37,988 nt of DNA, taken from NCBI GenBank assembly GCA_031763465.1, contig JARFOE010000004.1, positions 8,181,260 to 8,219,247 of the forward strand, in the 5' to 3' direction. Position numbers and translations under genes: made by a program. The notes beneath the pieces are model-generated. The model did no database searches and was not told where the DNA came from. It saw only the letters and a program-made list of their open reading frames with translations. Origin of the DNA: Squatina squatina. Its lineage: Eukaryota. This document shows positions 25,557 to 37,310 of the stretch, piece by piece; position 1 is the stretch's first letter; each line of letters begins with the position of its first letter.

Positions 25557-26598
25557 AGCTTGTACTCCAGGTATTTCATTGGACAGTCTGGTCATACAGG
25601 TTCTCTCAGTGCAGCATACTGGTTGTTGTGAAGTTATTACTGAATGTTGCTCCTGTTCCTTAAGGTGCAGTTATACTGTCACCCCTATATCCATGTGAAG
25701 TAATTTCAGGTGTGTATCAAAAGCAGTATAACTCAGGAGTCAGGTCCCAATATGGCCTTTTTTAGAAAGCCATTGTGAGGCTGCAGTGTGTTTTAAAAGT
25801 CCCACTGGATCTCCTGGAAACCTAACTCTTTTTTGGAATCTTTTAACAATGATGAAAAAGTGAGCATTCCCTCCCACACTCTCGGAATATTAAATATTAA
25901 CCACCTAAAAGTTTGTATGCGACCAGGCATGCATATACTGAACCCCGGTATGGCTGACCTCAGTGTGACCTGCAGTGATGTGCAGTGTGCAGTAGAAGTC
26001 CAGTGTGTTGACTGTGTGCAACAGTCCACTCGTGATCTGAGATTAATAGTCGCAGTATAACTATAGCCAGAGTCACTACAAAATTTGTTAGCATCACCTT
26101 TAACTTTGCTGTCGTGCATTTTTGCAACATTTAATTTGCTGGTGAGCAGATATGCAATTAGGAGAAAACAATAAGAATGTAAACAACAATTAACCCTTTA
26201 AAACTGTGATTACATTCCTGCATCAATTTGTTTTATCCTTCATCAATTCCAAGAATAATCTGAACAAAGGATTGCTCTTTGGTTTTGCAAATTTTCTTTA
26301 TTCTGCTTTATAAATGAAATTAAAATTCTCTGAATGGCTGGACTGAACTTTTAATGCCAAAGGCTTTAATACCAAATTGAGCTCACAGAGAATGAAGCAC
26401 AGGTACACCCCAGTTGCTAAATTAATGCAAAGTGTAACTATTTTGTTTACTCAGAGGTAACTGGTAGTGCTGGGAACAGCTTGTTCTGTTCCCTGTTACA
26501 GCTGAAGCTGATGGAAGCAAATCCACCAGCCCCACTTTGCTGTCACTCTGTTCATTTACATTGTCTTCACTGCTGTTTTTTTCCTTCTGCTCTGCCAG

Positions 26599-26658
26599 AT
26601 CAGTATCAGTTCTGTCGCTATGTGATTGACATGTACACTCTTGGGGATATTTATTCAG
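26599..26658 (+). CDS. TRDN: Triadin DQYxFCRY exon (exon 9 equivalent), 60 nt, phase 1-1
   Basis: DQYQFCRYVIDMYTLGDIYSG versus recalled mammalian DQYAFCRYMIDIFVHGDLKPG. Acceptor tctgccag, donor CAG|GTACAT. Confidence 0.92.
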
Positions 26659-28365
26659 GTACATTTACAATCCTTATAACATTTCTTACCAAATCTAACT
26701 CCTCCCCCTTGTTTCATACACTGTCATTGTTTAATTTAATAGACTCTGACTGTCGAGGTTATGACTAGTGTTGCAAATATTTCAAATTGAAATTTTCCTA
26801 AGGATCTGGTCATCATGTTTAAATTTTTCAAGTAAACATTATATTAGATAGGGGAGTCATTCACAGTGTTAAAAGAATTTCCTGCAGAAATGTTTTTTTT
26901 GGTTTAAAAGAGCACAAATGCTTTGAGCGAGAGTTCCGGCACACTTTTTAACTAGATACTGGAGGAAGCTAACGGTTTGAGATAAGAACCTAAAAGGCCT
27001 TGATACATATAACCAAAGGAGTACAATGTTTAATAATGATATTTAAAAAATTCCAGCATGGCAGGAATTTGAATGGTCTTTTATTTTGGTTGCTTTGTTT
27101 TAAACAATTCAAGCATAAAGGCACTTGTGGCACTTAACTTTCACTGTCAGTCAACCATCACCACCAACTCAAACATGGAAACAGGAGCAGAGAAAGCTGT
27201 TCTTCTGTTCTGCCCTGTCATTTGTATTTATTAAAAATATTAGTTGGCAGCAAAATGTGGAATGCTAATTTTGTTTCACAGTGCAAAGGCAGATATTGTC
27301 CAGTGACATTTGTCCTAGCGATTGTATTTTACGGAAAAAAATTGCATTATTAAGGAGTTCCAAAAAGATGAGACTGTTGCATTATTGAAGTTTCTCACTT
27401 ATCCAAATTACAGCGATATTTGTAGCTCTGGAATATGTTATTTTTTTTTAAATCCACAATTTTAGTTTTCCAGTGTATGGAACAATAACTACGTTGGTGT
27501 TGAAAATAGTGTTTATGCACTTAGAATAAATCTGCATCCGAAACACTTATTTTGTTAATGCTATGAAATACAGTGTGAACAGCTAATTAAGCTGTTCGAT
27601 AACTTTTGTCATGTCACATTCAGTTCTGGATGTGCGCTGAAGATTTTACTGGATATCCAAATTAGTTATTTTAATATTCATTTTTATTTATTGGAACAGA
27701 ACAATTTGGTAAGCAGTGTGATTATTTATCAAAAGGCGGCCATCGGTTTATTAGTCCATGTTGTATTGGGGAGATGAAGGATGGATTCATGGACCAGGTA
27801 TCGTCTATGACCAGATTCAGATCTAAGGGATGATCTGGTTTGTGCAATTATCCTACAGGTGCTTGCATCTCATTTTGGAGACTGTTGTGAATGTCCGTTG
27901 ACTCTGAGTTTATACTTACGTGGCAGAACAGCGAAAGATTATAAATGTTCTATTTGGTATCTGTGGCTTTGGGAGTTAGCTATTCAGCATTGTTAGAAAA
28001 TGATTGTATGACACAGTACAGCAGTATTAATCGTTACGTAGTTAGGCAGATGGTTATCAGGTTCATAGATGCTTAGTTTATACTATGCATTTAAAATTGA
28101 ATTCTATAAACCTGATGGATTGTGTCTTTTCACATGCTGCTGTTGTCTGCAAGTAGTCTTTGAACAATATTTTTTTCCCAGTGGATATAAGAACATTTTG
28201 GACAACAACTGAATACCAGTTTACATTTTGAGCTTCATGGTTCACCCAGTACATATGAGCACAATNNNNNNNNNNNNNNNNNNNNNNNNNNNNNNNNNNN
28301 NNNNNNNNNNNNNNNNNNNNNNNNNNNNNNNNNNNNNNNNNNNNNNNNNNNNNNNNNNNNNNNNN

Positions 28366-29530
28366 AGTCCTCCTCATCTCAATCTCCAGCAAGGGGAAAT
28401 AACCTCTCAGCATCTACCCTGTCAATCCCCCTCAGAATTTTATGGGCTAGAAATTGATTGGCGCCCCATTGTGGGTGCGCACGGGGCGGCAGCCGGCATT
28501 TCTCTCGCCGGCGCTTGCCCCGCCAGTCACGGAATTCAACGATCCGGGGTGCCTGCGAGGCGCAGCGCGATCACTGGTCGCAACTGAGGCGGCGTCAGAA
28601 ACGCCACGTCAGTGCGTTGCACACTGACGTCAGCAGCGCAGCCAGGCCTTCCTTAAAGGGGAGGGCTGCCGACCATCCTGACAGCGCCCTGCGGCCTGAC
28701 ACTGGGCCACCAGTGACTGGATCACTAGCCTGGCACACCAGTTGGCATGCCAGGTGAGGGGATGGTGGCCCGATCCGGCCGAGGGCCACCATCTTTCAGC
28801 CAACTACGCAGTCGGCCGAAAAATAAAGATGGCGGTCGGAGGAGCACAGGCCCTCCCTTTTAACAGGCCCGTTTCACTGTCGCGACAACCAGCCTGCGCT
28901 GCAGCCGCCTCCTGTGGATGAATTTTGCCCGCGGGTTGCAAACGGAGCGCGAAGGGCATTGCGGCTACGCAGTGCAGGTCGGCATGCTTTTTGATGACGT
29001 CATGTGCCGGCCCGGCACGAAATTCAGCTGGCCAGGCGTAAAGGCCATTGCATCCCTGATGAATTTTCCGGTGCCATTTTTTCCTCTAACGTCTCATTAG
29101 CGCTCATCGGAGGTGCTAATGGGGTGTTACAGGAGATCAATTTCGGTCCCCATATGTTTCAATTCGCTCACCTCCCAGTCTTCTAAACTCAAGAGAGAAT
29201 AGGCCCAATCTACTCAATCTCTCCTCAAAGGACAACCATCTCATCCCAGGGATCAACCTAGTGAACCTTCGTTGCACCACCTCTAAAGCATGTATGTCCT
29301 TTCTCAGATAAGAAGATCAAAACTCTGTACAGTTGTCCAGGTGTGGTCTCACCAAAGCCCTGTACAATTGTACCAAGACTTCCTTATTCTTGTACTCCAA
29401 ACCCCTTGCAATAAAGGGCAACATGCCATTTGCCTTCCTAATTGCTTGCTGTACCTGCATGCTAACTCTGTTTCCAGTACGAGGACACCGAAATCTCTTT
29501 GAAAACCAACATTTAATAGTTTCTTGCCAT
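28366..29530 (-). mobile_element. CR1 ORF2 3' region interrupted by a MITE
   Basis: Minus strand QVQQAIRKANGMLPFIARGLEYKNKEVLVQLYRALVRPHLDNC is the CR1 RT C-terminal motif; it continues on the other side of the MITE. Confidence 0.88.
28444..29150. mobile_element. 707-bp MITE nested in a CR1 3' end
   Basis: TIRs gggctagaaattgat and (reverse complement) gggaccgaaattgat; flanks TAT/CAT. Removing the element restores a continuous host sequence gaattttatatgtttcaat. Confidence 0.85.
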
Positions 29531-29556
29531 ACCAACATTTAATAGTTTCTTGCCAT
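29505..29556. repeat. Perfect 26-bp tandem duplication
   Basis: accaacatttaatagtttcttgccat twice. Confidence 0.95.
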
Positions 29557-29559
29557 ATT

Positions 29560-30301
29560 GGGGACCCATATTGGTGTGTGCTAAATTTGCAGGGTGAATT
29601 GGTCCGAGGCTCTGTATTTTTGCACCAGCCCCGGAGCGATGTCTTCTGACCCCCAATTGGGTTCTTTGCCTATTTTCCGGGTCAGCGCAACGTGGCAGCG
29701 AAAACGAAGCACTGACCCGGCACACAGCCGGCGAATGTGGACTAGCGTCGGCAACGTGGCTAGCCCCGCCCCCTGCGTTAAAAGGGAAGGCCGCTGGCTG
29801 AGGAGACGGAGCCTCGGGGCCTGCCGCTGGGGCACCAGGGAGCTGGATGGTGGGGTGCAAAAGGCTAGCCCGCCAGAGAGTGTGATGGCAAATGTCGGCA
29901 GTAGCACTGGGGGCCAATCGGCCGCCATATATCGGCCGACACGGAAGTCGGCTGATGTAATAAAATGACGGCTGACGGCTGACGGCGATAGCACCTCCCC
30001 TTTAATTGTCATTGGCAACAACTGGTTGAACCTGTTATTGCCAACAATGCGGGCCTCGCTAGCAAGCCACGGATCAATTCTGGTCGCGGCTCACTAGCGA
30101 CACAAAAATGTGGCCTGGGCCAGTGCTATGGGGGTCGGCACGTGTCGACCAATGGCGTCCCCGGCGAAGAGGCTTTTGCGCCATCAGGGCGCCATCAGCA
30201 ATTCCTGAAAAAACATTTTTTCACCTAATGCTGCTTTAGCGCTTGGGTAGCACCACCTTTCGGTGCCACCATGGTGCTAAAACTGACCAACTGGGTGGCC
30301 C
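29560..30301. mobile_element. About 740-bp GC-rich MITE-like element
   Basis: Imperfect TIRs ggggacccatattggt and (reverse complement) gggccacccagttggt; CpG-rich interior. TSD not clear. Confidence 0.65.
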
Positions 30302-30705
30302 TTCTCTTTAAAGTTAAAACTAGGGCAAACCCATCACTCATCTCTCAATGTTGCCATAACATTTTATCTTCATGCTCTCGTTTAATTTATACCTTTTGCT
30401 AATTTAATCAACAGTGAGACGCCTTCTTCAATATAGAATATGAGGTAATGAGCTGCAACAGATTTGGATATTCTTGTGTCCACTCTGCCGATGATGTGAT
30501 CCTGAATAACAGAGCCCTCTCCACACCATGGCTGTAAATTTGCATTTGTTGCAAATTTCAGGTCTGTACCAGATATTCTCTCCAGCTCACCTGTCACCTG
30601 TTACTTCCATAAGCAGACCCCATATTCCATACAATTAGGAGTCACTTTTTTTGCCCAATATCTTGCTAAACAAAAGCATGACATGGAGATGTTGACTATA
30701 AGACT

Positions 30706-30748
30706 GCTCATTGTGTGTGCTCTCTCCGCTCATTGTGTGTGCTTTCTC
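30706..30748. repeat. 22-bp-period tandem duplication
   Basis: gctcattgtgtgtgctctctc and gctcattgtgtgtgctttctc. Confidence 0.85.
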
Positions 30749-31418
30749 GTGCTACCTGATGTGTTCGTCCAATTGTTGGGAAGGTGGACTGAAAAGTGCT
30801 CTGATGAGATGAGGCCAATTGCAAACTAATAGGCTGGTTTATTTTACATGTAATACATGAATAAACAATCTATAGTTATTGCAGCAAGATTTATCCATTT
30901 CCTATCACTCCTTGTACCATTAATGTGTGATTTTGCCCTTTGTCGTGTGCTAACGTAGTTCCCAAATTGACTTGTGTAACCATGAAAGTGACACCTCTCA
31001 CTAGGACTGTTCTCAGTGACAGACCAACAAAGGCTGACCTTCCCTCAGCTGTTGAGGATTGGCTTGCCAAGCTGCTAATCTTAGCCTGTTTAGTTCAACC
31101 TCCTGCTGTTCTCAAAGAATGATAGCCATTCAAACATTACAGGCCTGAATATCTGTTGGAGGTGGTAAATGATTCCATTTATTTCAAACTAATCTGGTAT
31201 ACAAGAAATACAAATCTGTCCATTATTGCATCTGATACTCCAGCTAGTGGACCTAATCAACATCCCTGATAGCTTCTGTGTTGCTGAGAATTAACCCATT
31301 GTTGACTAAATTTAAATTAAAGCAACATCAAAATATAAATCCAAAATCCCTTCTAAATCAATTCGGCAAAAATCTTGAAACGTGACACACATATGCACCA
31401 GAAGTCAGAGGAAAACAA

Positions 31419-32115
31419 GGGGCCGATTTTGATGAAAAAATAACGGCATCTGAACAAAGCACACCATTATTAATGTGTAAATCGGGCAGCAGCTTGTAGT
31501 GAGGAAGAGATACCCTGTGAATTGGGATTTGCCACAGGTTGCTCGCCAATTTACGCCACTGCGCCGTTCGCTTCGTGAAAATGGCATCTCCCTGTGAGTT
31601 TCATGGAGTTGCAGTATTTGCATATTAATTGTCCATTAAACTCATCACAGAGAGTTAAATCTGGTAATTAATAGAGTAAGTACCCTTTTAACAATTGTTA
31701 ATGACTGCCAATCAACCTCTCTAGCCCAGAATGTGAACAATTATAACTGAGGAGTCTCATTCCTTCAGGTTGTGAATGGCTTTGGGAGATTTTTAAAATG
31801 TCAAATTTTACATTTTATATTTTCTTTCTTACTTACTTTCCTTTCTATTTCCTTTTCTTCTCTCTCTTGATCCAATCTTTCTTTCACTCCAATTCATCCT
31901 CCTTCTCAGTCCTTCCTCTGTTTATTTCTCAATCCTTAAATCTCATTGGTTAAGGAGAGACACTATTTGTCCCGTTGTTCACCAAAGATCCAGATGCTCT
32001 ATTGCCCTCGCTCGCACTACTAGCAACTCTGCTGACAAAATTTTTTTTAAACCTAAACATGCACATACAAGTCTAACTGGGCCGTGTAATGCCCTGTTCC
32101 AGCAAAATGTGGCCC
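31419..32115. mobile_element. About 700-bp MITE-like element
   Basis: TIRs ggggccgattttgatg and (reverse complement) gggccacattttgctg. TSD ambiguous. Confidence 0.65.
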
Positions 32116-32577
32116 AACATAATTACAATTTTTGGACCCTAGAGGGTAGGGTGGTGAACAAAGTAGATTGAATAGAGACTGAGGGGAGGAATGCCAAATC
32201 AGTCCATGTAAAGGGACCGGTGTCTTGTTCCTCCTAGACGTGTTGCTAGTGACGTGAACCGCAGCTGAGGTGTGCTCTGCCTGAGCTGATGTGAATCTGT
32301 CTGCATTTGTGATCTGATTATTAACCTAGCCCCAACACACCTTAGGTGCAGGTCCATCCTTGACAAAGCCTTGCACCTGGAAAGGGTGTGAAAATGAAGC
32401 CACTGGCATGAGGGCTTTATGGCCGCTGTGCAAAACAACAGTAAGAGGGCCTGCAGCTCCATTCTCTGCCCTACTGTCCCGGAAAGAAAAAGGAACTTCC
32501 TTTCTTGGGTCCTCTACTTCTTACTGCTTGTCTGTTTGATCATTTTGCATGAGTATTCTGCCCCTCCCCCCAAGGAC

Positions 32578-32702
32578 GGCCTTGAAATTCCAGTTGGCAT
32601 GAAGTGGGTGGCAACCCAATGTCATGGATCTCCAATCCTTTTCCTATCCTTTGCGCCTGTGAAGGGAGCATTCACCAGGGGCATTGGGCAGGAATTCAAC
32701 CC
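32578..32702. mobile_element. Short (about 125 bp) MITE-like remnant
   Basis: ggccttgaaattcc ... ggaattcaaccc imperfect inverted ends. Confidence 0.4.
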
Positions 32703-33000
32703 TAATTTTATTTTTAATTATTTTTAATAGTTTATTTTTTAAGCTCAGGGTGAATTATTACAATAGTAAAGCAACTCCTGATACTGCAGTAGCTTGATGA
32801 CTGTAATATTAACGGTTATCCCAATAGTCCAGCGCATGAGCAATCAGTCGGGCTAGGGAGATAGAAATTTTCCTGGATTTGCCGTCAGTCTAAAGATTAA
32901 TTCTAATTGCACAACATACAGTATTTGTTGTCTCTAACATGCAAATAAGTATTCTGTGTTGCATATAATAATAGCAAATTATTAACATTCTGTTATTTAG

Positions 33001-33042
33001 CAAAGAAGAAATTGCCTCCTCCTGCCATCAAAGAAACAAAAG
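33001..33042 (+). CDS. TRDN: Triadin micro-exon, 42 nt, phase 1-1 (xKKKLPPPAIKETK)
   Basis: Acceptor tctgttatttag, donor AAG|GTTTGA. Frame-preserving, with K/P/E-rich composition typical of triadin luminal exons. Confidence 0.8.
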
Positions 33043-33047
33043 GTTTG

Positions 33048-33077
33048 ACACACACACACACACAGATATATATATAT
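33048..33077. repeat. (AC)n/(AT)n microsatellite just after a micro-exon donor
   Basis: acacacacacacacacagatatatatatat. Confidence 0.9.
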
Positions 33078-33689
33078 GATTTACCTGAAAGAATAAACTG
33101 CATGACTAAAACAATGCTTCAATGAATTCGACATTGAGATTGATGGCATTCCAATGGCAACATCAGGTCTTTCATTAGAAATTTGCTAAAGGCTTAATGT
33201 GATGGCTATGTGAAAGTTTTGCAGAACCTAATGTGTAATGAGTCTATTGTCCAGCTGCCTGCTTCTTTACCTAAAGCATGTACTTCAAGCCTTTCTTTAA
33301 ATTCTTAATGGTAAATTAATTATTCCCTGTAGTAATTTCACATCATTTTCTGATTTAATATTTTAATGGGAGTGTCATGTCACAGATCATTCTGTTGAGA
33401 ACTGTTTCAGACTTACAGTAGGCTCCACACTTTTCATAAATGATAAGATTGATTTGTGAAAATGGCAACAAAAAAAACAGCGGCTATTCAAACAACCATT
33501 CTGAATTGCTAATTAACNNNNNNNNNNNNNNNNNNNNNNNNNNNNNNNNNNNNNNNNNNNNNNNNNNNNNNNNNNNNNNNNNNNNNNNNNNNNNNNNNNN
33601 NNNNNNNNNNNNNNNNNTTAAGAAATAAAAGATGAGTCTAGATAGGGTGTAAGTAGAAATGGCAAAATCATCAACAGCTGCCATGGGAA

Positions 33690-34090
33690 AGAGAGAAAAC
33701 AAACAGGGGCAGGGGTTACAGTCTGAAATTGTTGATCTCGATGTTGAGTCCAGAAGGCAATAAAGTGCCTAAACAAAAGATGCTGTTCCTCGAGCTTGCG
33801 TTGAGCTTCATTGGAACAGTGTAAGAGGCCGAGAATGGAGAGATGGGAGTGGGGAATTAAAGTGTCAGGTGACCAGAAGTTCAGGGTCACGCTTATGGAC
33901 TAAACAGGGATGTTCTGCAAAGCATTCACCCAATCTACATTTAGTCTCCCCAATGAGACAACATTGTCAGCAGCGAATACAGTATACTAAATTGAAAGAA
34001 GCACAAGTAAATCGCTGTTTCACCTGAAAGGAGTGTTTGGGGCCCAGGACAGTGAGAAGGGAGGAGGTAAAAAGGCAGCTGTTGCATCTA
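33690..34090 (-). mobile_element. Penelope-like element, GIY-YIG endonuclease fragment
   Basis: Minus-strand pieces FQVKQRFTCASFNLVYCIRC and LSILGLLHCSNEAQRKLEEQHLLFR, frameshifted before a GLNIE motif. Confidence 0.8.
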
Positions 34091-34659
34091 GTGAATAAGT
34101 CTTGCGGTATAAGTCTGCAGAAGGTTTGGCAACTAAAATTCCAACGCTGATTTTTTTTCCAAGTTTTTTTTAATTGAACTTTCATCATACAGATGCCACC
34201 AACACAAATTGTACAGAGAAGAAAAAGTTTAAAGATTACAAATTTCTCAGGATACTTCAGACTTGCTGCATGATAGTTTCTGCTCTACATAACGAACATA
34301 CCAAAAAATGTCACCTTATCCGTCTCTTTTNNNNNNNNNNNNNNNNNNNNNNNNNNNNNNNNNNNNNNNNNNNNNNNNNNNNNNNNNNNNNNNNNNNNNN
34401 NNNNNNNNNNNNNNNNNNNNNNNNNNNNNNCTACATACAATGTACAGCACAGAAACAGGCGCAACTGGTCCATGCCAGTGTTTATGCTTCACACGAGCTT
34501 CCTTCCACCCTCCTTCCATTAACCCTGAGCACATAATCTTGTATTGATTTCTCTAAAGATTCAGATTAGAAAGTCAAGGTAAGAAATAAAACTCCTGGCC
34601 ATCTTTCATTCTAACATTTAGTAACTTCCAATTCACTTTGTCACCTGATTTTTTTCCAG

Positions 34660-34686
34660 CCACTTCAACAAAGCCAAAAGCAGCAC
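34660..34686 (+). CDS. TRDN: Triadin micro-exon, 27 nt, phase 1-1 (xTSTKPKAA)
   Basis: Acceptor gattttttttccag-type pyrimidine tract, donor CAC|GTATGT. Open and frame-preserving in phase 1. Confidence 0.7.
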
Positions 34687-35358
34687 GTATGTAGTTTGGG
34701 GAACACTAAGCTTGCAAGTGATAATTAAGTGCATGCTACCTTAACACTTATGCAACCATCTATGTTTATTTGATTTCTGCTGTTCAAGACTGTCCTGATT
34801 TGTCTATTTATTAAAGTTATATTTTGTAAACAGACAGGAGGAATTTATAAGACAATAACACATCCAGGAGGTCTAACTGAATTGAAAAGTTTGAGTTGAT
34901 ACAAATTATTTACACCCCTGGATTATGTTCATTGCCCTTCTATCTATCCATTATTTTTTATATCACAATGTGTATTTATTTGTAAAGATGCAGATTCTTG
35001 GTGATTTGCCATTACTCAGTGTTGCTATGGTGGCTTCAGTTAATGCACTTGTAATGTAAGCAAATGCATGATGTTGATCATATGATGTTTAGAGTGGCAT
35101 TACAAAATGATTTATTATGTGGTAAGGTGCACTGTAAATCATTACCAGATATAGGGGGTGAATCCACTGTAACATTGATGGAAAAGCAACAGAACTTCTG
35201 GAAAATTGCTAACTTAGTGGGACGTAGGCATGACCTCTCATTTTCCCCAACCAGATTAATTGGATTAAAAAAATAGTGGATCAGAACACAGATCAACAGT
35301 GGGAAATGTTTAAATATGAGCTAAATAAGGTGCAGCTTAAATACATTCCTTTTTTAAA

Positions 35359-35450
35359 AATTCATTCCAGGATGCGGGTGTCGCTGGTAAAGCCAACATT
35401 TATTGCCCATCCCTAATTGCCCTTGAGATGGTGGTGGTGAGCCGCCTTCT
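35359..35450 (-). mobile_element. LINE 3' tail (same sequence as 10321-10372)
   Basis: ttcattccaggatgcgggtgtcgctggtaaagccaacatttattgcccatccctaattgcccttgag. Confidence 0.7.
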
Positions 35451-36127
35451 ACAAGGAGTAAAGAGGATGTGATAAAGGCTGGCGGTTCAAAAGAAGAGGT
35501 TGGAGCAGAAATTAGATTTTTAAAAAGGCATATAATAAATATAGGGAGATACTCCAGAAGAGAACTGAAAATTATACAAATAGAAGGAAAATTGGAGATT
35601 CGGAAGGCTAAGAAACAGAGTGTGACAGAAGATTGGTGGTCAACATAAAGCGGATAAACTAGAGATTTTATAAGTCTGTGTGGATAGACTATTTGAGCTA
35701 GGTTGGTTAGGAAAAGTGAGGGGTCATGCTTATAAATTACCAAACATAGGACTAGATTAGATGTCAGGAGATTTCTCTTTATGCAAAGGATTTGATGACA
35801 CCTGAAACAAGTTGCCAGCTTGAGTAGTGAGTGCCGAATTCGCTGCGACAGTTCATAAGGGACTGGATGGGGTTCTCACTGTGGCTAATTTCACTGTGTA
35901 CAGAAGGTAAGTGGGACTAGGGTTTGTACCTCATGGTCACTGTGATCTCCTGGAACACCCCAGGGAGTCGGAGGGGAAGTTCCCAGATTTTATTCCCTGA
36001 ATTAGCCTAGGGTTTTTTTTATCTGGTGTTTTGCCTCTCTCAAGAGATTACATAACTACTAGAGGGAAGGAACACTGGTGATTGAATATGAGCTAAATGT
36101 TCAACTCAGTCAAATCAAATTTGGCAG

Positions 36128-36154
36128 CAAGAACTATGGAAGATTTAAACGAAA
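36128..36154 (+). CDS. TRDN: Candidate triadin micro-exon, 27 nt, phase 1-1 (xRTMEDLNE)
   Basis: Consensus donor AAA|GTAAGT and open in phase 1. The acceptor atttggcag has only a weak pyrimidine tract. Confidence 0.45.
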
Positions 36155-36629
36155 GTAAGTAGTATAATCCTGATATGTCCATTGAGAGTGATGTTTGATG
36201 TAGGCAAACCTGACTATCTAAGAATCTGTGCATCTCTAACGACTTCTGACACATATTGTTAGTTTAATAACTTGCTTGAAGCTTATTAATGCATTAGCGG
36301 TATGCAACAAACCAATGCAGTTCTCTTGATTTACTTTTTGAAATGGTTGCTTCAATTGCTTTTTGTGCATTGTACTCAGCTTTGCTTCACTGAAGCCTGC
36401 AGTGCATTAACACAATCAATTGATTAGGATTAATGCTTTAGGTATTCTCCTAGTTTTTTGCTTGCCTGCTTAGAGCTTTCAGTGCCAACCAATTACATGG
36501 ATTTTCTAAACCTTAATCAATGAACTGTTNNNNNNNNNNNNNNNNNNNNNNNNNNNNNNNNNNNNNNNNNNNNNNNNNNNNNNNNNNNNNNNNNNNNNNN
36601 NNNNNNNNNNNNNNNNNNNNNNNNNNNNN

Positions 36630-37310
36630 GTATACTATATGCTACCAAATGGTGGGAAGGGGATAGAAGAGCAAATTTGCAGGCAAATTACAGAAGGATG
36701 CAAGAGGAGTAATAATGGGGACTTCAGTTATCCTAATATAGACTGGGATAGTAACAGTGTAAAAGTGGGGGAAGAATTCCTGATAAGAATATAAGAGAAC
36801 TTTCTTCATCCGTGGATTTCTAGCCCAATGAGAATGTAAGCAGTGCTGGATCTAGTTCTGGGGAATGAAGTGGGGCAAGTGAAGTATGTTTCAGAGGGGG
36901 AGCACTTGGGAAACAGTGATCATAATATCATCATGTTAGCATAGTACTGGAAAAGGACAAGGAACAATCAAGCAGAAGAATATCTAACTGAAGGAGGCCT
37001 CACTTCAGGGAGTTGAAAAGGGATCTGTCCCGGGTGGATTGGAGTCAAAACTTGGTGGGCAAAACAGTAATTGAACAAAGAGGAGATGGTTCAGCTACAG
37101 ACTAGACACATTTCCACAAGGAGGAAAGGAAGGGCATCCAAAGCTAGAGCTCTCACAATGACAAAAGATGTAGATATTAAAATGGGACAGAAAAAGGAGG
37201 CTTATGACAAATGTAAGGTTTATAATACACTAGAAAACCAAGCTGAATATAGAAAGTACAGAGGTAATCTAAAAAAGAGAATAGAAGGGCAAAGAGATAA
37301 TATGAGAATA
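36630..37310 (+). mobile_element. CR1 ORF2 endonuclease and linker, degenerate
   Basis: IMGXFSYPNIDWDS (frameshifted), AVLDLVLGNEVGQV and GEHLGNSDHNII motifs with stops and frameshifts. Confidence 0.85.

Noticed and set aside
25665-25709. 45-nt phase-1/1 exon-like segment (GAVILSPLYPCEVIS)
   Set aside because: Splice sites are passable, but the peptide is unlike the K/E-rich triadin exons expected here.
30562-30638. Acceptor followed by GLYQIFSPAHLSPVTSISRPHIPYN*, faintly like triadin exon 10
   Set aside because: Only SPA/SRP match, there is an in-frame stop, and no donor.
34193-34226. Acceptor followed by a K-rich stretch (DATNTNCTEKKK)
   Set aside because: No good donor giving a frame-preserving exon.
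34559-34578. 20-nt segment with a strong AAG|GTAAGA donor
   Set aside because: Not a multiple of 3, has a stop in phase 1, and the acceptor appears to come from a CR1 3' UTR remnant.
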